Below are positions 13,101-25,100 of a stretch of 64,000 bases of DNA, piece after piece. This DNA comes from Epiperipatus broadwayi (taxonomy: Eukaryota > Animalia > Onychophora), in assembly GCA_028023455.1 (NCBI GenBank), contig JAQFVV010000004.1:6262001-6326000 (forward strand). The letters run 5' to 3'. Made by a program: the position numbers and the translations under genes. Every line of letters starts with the position of its first letter. Within the stretch, counting starts at the first letter, position 1. The notes under the pieces were generated by a model. It did not search any database, was not told where the DNA came from, and saw only the letters and a list, made by a program, of their open reading frames with translations.

Positions 13101-16100
13101 GAAAATAAATAAATTTTAGATAAGATATAAATAGTATAAGGTAACAATCTTAAATATTCAACTGCAGAGCAAGAATTTCTTGAACATTTTCCAAAATATG
13201 TTGAGAAATACTATTGTTTTATGGTTTTATTTTCTTATATTATTCTCTAGTTAAGAATAGTTAAAACACATCTAATAATCAATACTGAATAATTAAAGTG
13301 GGTTAGATATAGACTGGTTAACTAAAATAAATTATGTGCGAAGACAACAGAATTAAGATTTAAGTATATGTATACATACACATATATACTTAATAACATT
13401 TATAAATTTTTTATAAGATGCAAATATTATATATACCAGATTTTTTTCCAAAATCAATCAATAATATAAAATTTGGTTTGTATATTCTTTCATCAAGGGA
13501 TAGACATTGGTTTTACTTAAATTTTTTGGATTTTACAAACAACTACAAACTTACCAAAATTTATTTATAAAACACATAAGTTTTGTAAGATTATTAAAAT
13601 TTTGAATCACTTAATAATTTTTAGATTATTTTATTACAGTATTAATTTGAGTTTTAATTAAAATTCCATTTGAATTGAGGAAAATGTCCTCTTTGGTATT
13701 CCAATCATTCAAATTTTCTTCAATGACTTCTAACTGGTAAATTTTATTTATAAAACCAACAAGACATCACATGATCATAGCTTACACATTGCTATTTATT
13801 AGCATATTCTTCTACTTTCACTACAATTATATCATCTAGTGCAAGCATCATTAATCAATAGATTCCACATGGTAGTGTTTAATAAATCCTTATCCAGTGC
13901 TGACCTATCCAATATCCCAAGACTAATTTGTAGCTAAAGATTTTCACCAGTGAGGAATTTTTCGATCTAATGCACCTTTTCTCTAGCAGCTATTTAAAAA
14001 ATTTTTTGTTATACTATCAAGCTACCAGCCAAATTGAAAAAAAACGGTTAATGTCTTCAATCTAAGTATTTATTTGGACAGCCATATAAATCTGAAACCA
14101 GTGTAGTTTCCATATATTATGGTGACTCTAGTTTTTTAATAATCTTAGGCACTTTTATTCTTTGGCCAGAATTAATAAAAATCCACAAGATACCACACGA
14201 TCAATTACATCATATGACCTTATTTTAAAATCATAAATCAGAAATCAGCCTGGGGATATTAAATAGGACAGCACTGGTTAAGGATTTGTCAAGCACTATT
14301 ATTAGGCATTTACTGATTACTAAAGCTTACACTGGATGGTGCAATTGTAGTGAGAATAGAAAAAATTTACTACCGAATAGCAATGTGTAAGCTAGGTCAT
14401 GTGATGTGTTAGTTTTGTACCAATTTCTAGCCAAAATGTAATGGTGCCTAAGATTATTAAATAACTAAAGCCTCCTTATAATATATATTTTACTGGACTC
14501 ATTTCAATACATATGACTATGCAAATAAATAAGCTTAAAAAAATTAATAGGTTTTCAATTTGCGCTGATAGCTTGATAGTAAAACAAATAATTAAAAAGG
14601 GTGCTAGAGAAAAAGTGCATTAAATCCTAAAGTCCAAGTACATTTTTTTCAAAAATCCTAACCTTCCTCATTGATGAAAGTCATAAACTCGAAACTAATT
14701 TGGGTATATAGGAAAGGATAACACTGGACAAAGGTTTATTAAGCACTAGTGGTCCGTGCTGTCATTTCCGTGCTTGCATTGGTCATTTAATTTCTTTGTA
14801 TTCTCTTACCATTTAATTTATTTTAAGTGCCTCACCATCTGATACATACTGATTAGTAAAACTGACACTAGATGGCACAATTGTAGTGAGAATAGAAGAA
14901 TGTGCTAATAATAAGTTTTGTATACATGAGTGAGCCCCCATACTCAAAAGGAGCTGCAAAATAATGAAATGCACAATATAGTTATAAACACATCTTGGAA
15001 ACAGTGAATTTCATCTTATATCAATTTCACTTGAATGATCAAACCCTTTAGAAATTATAAGTTTGCAAAAAACAATTACACATTCTTATGTTAATGCATG
15101 GAAAAGCTGCAGATCTGATTCAGGTCTTGGCAGATATATAAAATTTAATGATTTATATCTCAGAAATTCATGAGCTTTCAGCATCAGATTTGATAGAATT
15201 GATCCATAATCCATGAAATTTAAATTCTAGATTCCATCACTTAACCACTGCACTAAACCATATAGGGCAGATCTTGGCCTCCTGATTCCAGATTGAAAAG
15301 TTTGTATAGCAAATGAAAGATCTTACCTGGTTTGTGACTATGAATGATATAAAAACTCAGAAATTCATTTTGTGCAAAAACATTTATCTCTTCTAATTAT
15401 CAACCAGATGGATACCAGAATTTTTTTGAAAAATATAAAAGTAATAATAGCAATAATAGTAGTCCTTACTTAGTGTGATATTAAAGTGAGAATTATTTTT
15501 GTATAAATTGTATCTATAGTAAATTGTTTCTATGATGCTAAAACAACAGTGTGTGATTCTCAGTGTTATTTTTAAGTAACTGTTTTTGCATTGCCTTTTT
15601 TTTTGTTTCATAATGTAATCTTCCTTCGGTAAAGATTATAATATATACAAATGTTTTGTTCACTAATAATATATCTTTTATCTAATTTTTCAAGATTTTT
15701 GTATAAAATAAAAAAATAGTATTATAAACCCAACCAATTGAGTAAGATATTCTATGTTTGATATATGTGAAAATTATTCTTCAATATGGAAATCTGATTT
15801 TTGATCTCTAGAAATTGGAAAATGCATAAGTTATTCAATGCAGATTTGTCATCCATCTTTTTTTTAGCATTTTCCTATAAATGTACAGAATATATTGATC
15901 TGAATTTTGGAAGATAAAAGTGTTGTTTTTTTAAAAAAAAAAGTTTTGATTTCAATTTGAAGGGAAAAAAAGCTTGAAAATATGCATTTTTGCCGAAGAA
16001 AATTGATTGCCAATTAGTGGATTTAATTTTTTTTTTCTTAATAGAATTTTCTGGTATGTGACTGGATGATGTTACGTAATCATAAAAATTGCTAGTCTTT

Positions 16101-19100
16101 CACATGCCCAATTGTCTGACTGGCTGTCTGAGAGACAATTGCACATGTGAAAGACTAGCAAACTTTCAATTATTTCCAATTTATTAACAACATGCGATTT
16201 AGACAAATATTATAGTCATAAAGAAAAAATTCCTCAGGTAGTTTGAAGCATTTCAATATACACAAAACTTTAACTTATTGTATTTTATGTTTTTTTGTAT
16301 ATTGCTGTTTATCTTTTTACTACAATGTTCTTGAGAACATACCTGTGCTGGAAATATATAGCATTTGCATTCCATTTTTAAAATAATTTCTTTTTCTACA
16401 AAATTTCATCACGATTTACTTGTGAAGTTTCATCCCCTTCGTCACTCTCAACTTCATATTGGTAAAAAAAAAAAAATGAAAGCATTTTTTTTTTTAATAT
16501 TTGGAACTTAAATTGTAATTTTAAATTATAACACAAAGCAAAATTTTAACTGACTTCAATGAATTGGATTATTTATATAAATATGCATATAGTGTAATAA
16601 TTTTGACTTTATAGAATGCAGATTTGGTGATCTTTAAGAATTTTCTAGCAGTAAATACTTTATACAAATTAAAAAACTTCATTATTATCAATAATAGATT
16701 GACACTATTTTCCAACCTTCATGGTTTGGTGCAGTAGAGTGGCAGACTGTGATGCTCAAAGTCCACAGATGCAATCTGCTCTATCATGGGTACTTAAACT
16801 TCTTATGAACTTCCAAGCAACTATTCACTTTCTATTAACTATCCTCATTACAAATTGACTGGGTAGGAGATTATTATTACTATTTTTATATAAATGATGT
16901 AAAAAAGGTATACATATATACAGTAAAATTTTATACAATGAAGGCTTATCGAATGAAAATAAGGACAATAAACACTTTTTTCTCACTAAAGTAAAAATTT
17001 GTAACAAATGCAAATACATACATACAATGCATACCGAAATGACATTTTTGTAATATTTAGTTGTATTTTCTTTTCTTACTTTTCTCTCTCACTAGCATGC
17101 ATATATATTTTTTAAAAAGTATTCTTCTAAGTACACATACAATAATAATTTTAACCATGAATTATAAATCCAAAATCTGTAAACTGATTAATATTATTGT
17201 CATAAAAAAAATTGCAGAGAACTTTGATAAATAATAAACAGAAATATTTTATAATAAACACTTTTTTTACTATCCACTAAAAAGCCAAAAATAATTATTT
17301 TCCTCAATCACAATTTGGGTTTTTATATTTAATGTGAAATAAAAGTGTAGGGCATCCAGAAATTAATTAATTCAATCATTAATCTTTATAACTAATGACT
17401 GAATTAATTAATTTCTGGACCCCCACACTTTTATTTCACATTAAATATAAAAACTCATGAACAATAAATAAAAGTTTAATATAAAATATTTTTTATATAT
17501 ATTTGGGGAAAAAATCACGTTTTAAAAGTTGATTTCAATCCTTATTTTGATTAAGAAGGAAACAAAAAAATTATAGAATCAAAAGGAATCAAAATTTCAG
17601 TAGTTTTTTTAAAAAGCAATTTTTACAATTAAAGAGAAATTAAAATTTGTTGATTGTCAATGTTTTTTAATTTAAGCTTTTTTCAAAAAATGTATAACCC
17701 TGCCACATGTACATCACTGAAAACTTACTGAACTAATATATACGTGTCTGAAATTTGGCCCATCAATAATCTTAGATTATGTAAACCACTAGACAACACT
17801 GAAATATTTCATTGTCATTGATTTCTGACATGCACAAAATTTGAAGGATATCCATTATGATAGAAGTATGTTAAAATTCAATTACAAAATTTAACCTAAA
17901 CAAATAAATTAAATAAAAATCTTTAAAAATGGCAAAAGTTTAAGTTCTAAATATGGAGTTAGTAAATCTCTAGTGGTGAAAATAGTATACATATTTTTTT
18001 TTTAAAAAAAATTCTCTTATATGCATATTATGGTAATAATTTTAATTATGAGCCATAAATCCAGAATTTAAAAGCTGATTACTATTGACATAAAAAAAAA
18101 AGGTTCATTTATTCATCGTTACAATTTTTTTTTAAAAATTCATTTCATACATATGCAAATATTAATTTTAAATAAAAATTAGAAAAATAGTTAAATATTA
18201 ATTAGTATTAATGTGAAAAAGAAATTCATTTATAAAACAGAAAATATCATTTCTCTCCCTGCAAACTATTCTTGCACCCCTAGGTTCACATGCATGACCA
18301 GCCGATCCCCGATGCATAGCAAATACCGAGTTGCAACTTGGGTCTACTTGGGCCTTATTGTAAGAATATCTGTGCTGGGATAGTCTTGTAGAAAGAGTTG
18401 CTTTCGTTTCCCCATAGTATGATGCCATGCAGTTATTTTCTGGACATGAAATATTATATACGGCCTGAGCTCAGGCCGTATATAATATTTCATGTCCAGA
18501 AAATAACTGCATGGCATCATACTATGGGGAAACGAAAGCAACTCTTTCTACAAGACTATCCCAGCACAGATATTCTTGGGCCCAAGTAGACCCAAGTTGC
18601 AACTCGGTATTTGCTATGCATCGGGGATCGGCTGGTCGTGCATGTGAACCTAGGGGTGCAAGAATAGTTTGCAGGGAGAGAAATGACATTGGGAAAAAAG
18701 TTGGGGAAGCATGTTTTATTGCTACTGATGATAAGGCTATGAATAGGAAAGATGCGTGTTACAAAATCTCTAAGAAGTGGATCATTTAGAGCTGACGCAT
18801 TTATTTTCAACTAATTTACATATATCAGCATATTTTAACATATACCAACACGCTATGCTTATTCTTTGTTGCCCATGATTATGAGAGCTAAGTTCTCTTG
18901 AAAGCGCTCGGGCATTATTCTTTAGATATTATAATTATTTTGAGTTTATAATATATTTTTATTTAATCCTGATGAAGCTCGGTTGTTGTGCGCGTATTTG
19001 CGCATTAAAAATTATATACATGTATAATAAGCACCTGAGTTTAATAATTTCTTTTTAAAACAGAAAATAGTAAAACAGTTGGCAATTTAAGTTCTGAAAA

Positions 19101-22100
19101 TGAATATAGCTAAATCAATGATCTAGACCATTTAAAAAACTAAAATCAAGTTAAAAAATATACAGATAATAAAAAAGGTTTCCAGATTAAACAGTTTATA
19201 CTGTAACATCACAGAACCTGTCATATATTAAAAAAAACCTTCAATCCATTTTAGTATTTACAACAATATATAGGTTTATTCAAAAATTAAAATATTCCAA
19301 GTACACTCTACTGTAAAACAGATTACACTACACATTGTGTATATTAAAAAAGTCTTTTTATTTGCTGTGTGATGTGTCTTCACACTTTGATGGATTTACC
19401 TGTTCAGTGGCTCGATTCTCTTGTTACTACAATGGTCCATTCTGTATTTCCATCAATCAATGTATTCTCACAATTTCTCTATGGTTTGGCTCATTATCAA
19501 TTTTTCTATACGTAATCCTTTGTCTTCCATAATCCGTTTTACATATTTTCATTCCACCATTATAACAAATAAATTATATGTCCGTAATTTCACTTCTGAA
19601 ATATTTGTTTTTCTTTTACCAATCATTTCACTTCCTTCCCTCATTTCAGAAGTAGAAATATTTCCATTACACATAGTCTTTGAATCGTTCAGGTATGCGT
19701 CTATTTCTTGTGGACCTGGGTGACTTATTCTTGTCTTGTTCTTCTTGTTTGTCTTCATCTTTTTCACTATTTGCTTCTATCGCTATTTGTCTCTCTTCTT
19801 CCTCTTTCCCTGTACTATTATTTCTATCCCTCTCAGTGTCAATCTTCTTATTCTTGCTTAGTCTCCAATCCCATTGCCATTCATCTGATACTCTTTTTCG
19901 CATGTGGTTTATGTGTCTTCTATATATCTTTCATTTGAACCATTTATTTCATATATCTTGTTTGATATCTGTTGTTTAATCATTCCCTGTATCCATGATT
20001 TCCTTAATATGTCTCTAACCCAGACTGGTTCTTGGTTGGTAAATTCTTTAATCCATTTTATCATGTTGTATTATGTTGCTCTCTTTCGGATATAATGGTT
20101 AATTTTGTTCTCAATTTTCGTCCACATAATATTTCTACTAGTGATTTACCCATTGCCATTGATGGTGTTGTGTGTTGAGCCATCATAAACACTTGTAGTG
20201 CTTCTTGTATATTTTTTATATCTGTTTTCTTCAAGTTTTGTTTCACTTGTTGTACTGCATTTTCAGCTAGACTGTTTGATTGAAAATGGTATAGTGGTGA
20301 CCACACTTGTATATTACGTTCTTCACAAAATTGTTGCATTTCCATTCCGGTGAATGCAATGCCATTGTTAGACACTAGAACCTCCGGGTACCCATGAATT
20401 GCGAAAATGTTTTAAGACATTTGATTGCTTCATTCATCATCATGTCTTGTATTTTATGTGCTTCAATCTATCTGGGTGTGCATCTTTGAGTATCAACAGC
20501 ATTTCCCCATCTATTGGTCTGGCATGGTCCATGGGTATCCTCTCCCACAGTCAGGTTCTTTTGTGGTATCACAGCATGTGTTTGGCATGCAGAGCATTTC
20601 TTGATATAGTGTTCTATGTCTTGATCACCATACGTAACTATGAGGCAGGGCTTTAGCTCGCACTATTCCTGGATGTCCCTCGTAGTAATTTCAGCACTGC
20701 TTGTCTGCCTGCAGTTGGTATTAGCACCCTGTCGCCATTACAATACATCTTTTGCGTATAGATAACTGTTGTCTATTTGACCAAATCCCAGTCGCTAGCT
20801 AACTTGGTTTGCTTTCTGGCCATTCATTTCTAATGCAATCTATCAATTTTTTTTATATCCCTTGTCTTCTCTCAGCCACCTTTCCACAGTTTTACTATTT
20901 AATCTGTTCGACTTCATCAATGTAATTAATTTCTAACTCTTCCTTTCCTGTTTAATCTATGTCTGGCAATTTTGATAGGGCATCGGCATGAGCTATTTCT
21001 TTCCCTAGTTTATAAATCAGCACATAGTCATATACAGCCAGTATGTTCCACCATCTTAACATGCGTGGGCTTAGATGTTCTGGAGCCTGCCAGTCATTAC
21101 CTAATATTGCTAGGAGAGGTTTATGATCTGTAATGATTTGAAAAGGTCTACCAAAAATAAATTGATATTTTCTTAGTGCAAAGAATATTGCTAAGCCTCT
21201 TTGTCTATCTGACTATAATTGCGTTCTGCCTTCGATAATGTCCTTGATGGGTATGCAATCAGTTGATTGCCATTTTCCATTGGGTGTGCCAAAACCGCTC
21301 ACACTCCTATTTCAGACGCATCCATCATAATTCTTACTTCTAATGTGTTATCGAAATGTGCAATAGTGTATCTGCAGAAAATTCTTTTGTTCTTTCAAAC
21401 ACTTATTCATGTATTTGCGTCCATTCCCATTTTTGTCCTTTTCTTAACAACTGATATAACAGATTTGCTACCATTGCTTTGCTTTTTAAAAAAATTTCAA
21501 TAAAAATTATAAGACACAAAAAGGCTTGCAATTGTTTTACATTTTTGGGTCTCTGCGCATTTTTCACCACTCATACTTTATCTTTCATTGGTCTTTTCCC
21601 ATTGTTAGAAATCACAAGTCCAAGAAATTCTAATTCTTGCATTTTCCATATGCATTTTTCTTTGTTCAGTTTGATACCCGCATTTTTTAATTTATTACAT
21701 ACTCTAGTTAATCGTTTACATAGCTCACTTTCTATTGTAACTGTGACCAAAATATCATCGTAATGTGACATCACTCTCTCTGTACTCCATGCAATAATGT
21801 GTTGAGTTTTGCCTGAAAAATGTTAGGTGCTGTTGTCACTCCGAAAGGTAGCCTATTGCATTGAAACAGACTAAAAGGCATGGTTAGTCTTAACATTTGG
21901 GCTGTTTTATTAGTTACCTTAATTTGATGGTAGCGTTTAAATCTAACTTTGTGAAAAAATTTTCATTGGCTAAACCGGCTAAAAGCTCGCGAACGTTCGG
22001 AACTGGATACACCCCTTTGGATAAAAATTTGTTTACCATTACTCGGTAATCCCCACAAATTCTAACCTGTCCATTTGGCTTTGTTACTATTACAATCAGT

Positions 22101-25100
22101 GTGGTCCATTGTGCGTCTTCTATCGGTGTCAAAACTCCTTCGCTTACTAATTTCTGAATTTTTTTACTTTTTCATGCTGTGCAAATGGAATCTTTCGGAG
22201 TTTGTATACAATTGGTCAGGCATTTTCACTTAAATCTATATCTACTGGGGCTGATTTGAAAATTCTTACTTGTTCTGAAAAAAGTTATGGATATGCTTTA
22301 ATCACTAAACATCACATGATCACCATCTCATGCTAGCACATAACTGTTAGTAAACAGGCAAAAACTCTCCATATAGTAATGCCACCTTGTGCTAACCAGA
22401 GTAATCAATGGATGCCAGAAAGCTTATGCATAAAATCCCTACCTAGTGCCTACTCATCCAATATCCCCAGACTCCTCACTGATGATGGCCACAAGCCAGA
22501 AACTAGTCTGGGAATATTGGATGAGTAGGCACTAGATAGGGATTTTATGCACAAGCCTTCTGGCATCCATTGATTACTCTGGTTAGCACAAGGTGGCACT
22601 ACTATATGGAGAGTTTTTGCCTATTTTGATATGTTTTAAAGTATTCTTGTTCCAACAACATATGTTTTTATAATTGTTACAATAATTCCTAGCTGTTTGA
22701 ATCACTCTCTTCCTATTATCGGAGCTATGTTTCGTTTTACTATATAAATAGGTAGGTGCAATATTTCTTCTTTGTACCTAATTGGGATCTCGGATTTTAC
22801 TTTTACTGCGTTTCCTCCGACATCTTCGACTCTAATGTTCGTTTTCTGTATTATGCATCCCTTATATCTACTGGTAATATTGTTCCATTTTTCTTCTGAT
22901 AAGAGTGATATCACTGAACCACTATCGATCTCCATATCTAAGTCTTTCCCACATATGTTCAGTGTTATCATATATTGTTTTTGGGTTTGTGTGCACACAT
23001 TTTTTTTACTTAATATTCCGTATGTCGTTTCTCTTGTGTTTTTGGATTTCTGCAGACTGATATTAGATGTCCATTCCTTCCACAATTATAACAAGTCATC
23101 ATCATCATCATTATCAACCATTATCAATCCACTGCAGGATGAAGGTCTCTCCAAGTTTAATCCATCTTCTCCGATCTTTAGCTTCACTTCTCCACATCAC
23201 CCCTGCACACTTTCTTATTTCATCCATCCATCTCACATGTGGTCTCTTTCTGGGTCTTTTACAATCTCTTGGAATCCAGTTTAAAATTTCAATTGTCCAT
23301 CTATTATCATCTCTTCTAACAATATGTCCAGCCCAACTCCACTTCAATCTTTTAATTTTTTCAATGAGGTCAGTAACACCTGTTTGTTCTCTTACCCATA
23401 CATTGCGTTTACGATCTCTTCTTGTTACTCCCAACATACATCTCTCCATACTCCTTTGAGTGGTCTGAAGTCTCTGAATTGCTCTTCTATTAAGTGTCCA
23501 AGTCTCAGATCCATAAGTAAGAACTGGTAAAACACATTTGTTAAAAACCTTCCTTTTCAAACACATAGGCATATTTCCTTTTAGTATCAAGTTATTTCTA
23601 CCAAAAGCACTCCAACCAAGTTTAATTCTATGATTAATTTCCTCCATTATGTTTCCATCTGTATTAATAATCTGACCAAGGTATTTGTAACTGTTAACTT
23701 CTTCTAATTCATCATAATCAATCTTTATTTTCATATTTTGAGCAAATCGATTAAACATTACTTTAGTCTTTTTAACATTTATCTTTAGTCCTACTTTCAT
23801 ATGATAATTCCTGCAACATTTCCTGCAGATCTGAAGCATTATTTGCAAAAACAACTACAACATCTGCGAAATCTAAATGACTTAAATAATCACCATTTAC
23901 TTTCACTCCTTTAGTTTCCCATTTTAATCCACAAAATACTTCATGCAACACTGCTGTAAAAAGTTTTGGAGATATGGAGTCACCTTGTCTTACACCTTTC
24001 TCAATGTTGACTTTCCCAGTGTCATTATGTAATCTAATTGTTGCTGTTGCATTTTTATAAATATTCTTTAAAATATGACAATGTCCGGGATCTATATCTT
24101 GATGATCTAATGCTTTAATCACTGAAGAAATGTTTATAGAATCAAATGCCTTTTCATAATCTACAAATCCTAAGCATAATGGCAACTCATATTCATTTGT
24201 CCTTTCTATAACTTCTCTCAATACCTGGATATGATCTACTGTACTAAAACCACTTTTAAATCCGGCTTGTTCTCTTGGTTGGTGGAAATCCAATGTTCTC
24301 TGTAGACGAGTAGTAATTATCTTGGTAAAAATTTTATATAAAACTGATAAAAGGCTGATAGGTCTGTAATTTCTAATATCTTCTTTATCACCTTTTTTAA
24401 ATATTAATATTATTACTGCATTCTTCCAATCATCCGGTACGTCTTTATCATTTAGACATTTGTTATATAACTTGGCTAAAAATTTTTCTATTTCTTCATC
24501 TGCTTCTTTTAATATATCAATTATGATTCCATCATTACCTGGAGACTTTCCTTATGCTATTTGCAGTTTTTTTCATATGTGCCCTTGTTTTCCACAACAG
24601 AAACACTTTGTTTGATTTCCTCTGTTGTTCCATTCTTTCATATTTGTATTGTGTCTTCCCTTCTGCTTTATGTATTTCCCATGACTGTTCAACATTTATC
24701 TTGCCTCTGAAACACATTGCTTGTTCAATTACGAGCTCATATGCTATCCTTTTCTTATTGCTATGTCATAGGTCAATCTGGTTCCATTAACAAATTCTGA
24801 TGTAGCCTATCTTCATTCATTCCCCATAATAATTGATCCAGTAGGGCTTGTTCAGCAAAATCTTCATATTGGCAATCTTTTACTAAGTGTCTCAGATTTA
24901 TGTCTAAATCTCTTATGCTTTCACCTCTGTGTTGTCTCCTATTCCTCAAGGTTAATCGAGCCATAAACTTTGATGGTTGTGGACTGAAATAATTGGATAA
25001 TTTGCTTATAATGTTTTCATATTCTGTTTCGTCCATTATTGGCCTATTCATTAGTTTATATATAACTTCTATGACTCTTCTTCCCACCAGGCATAACAGT

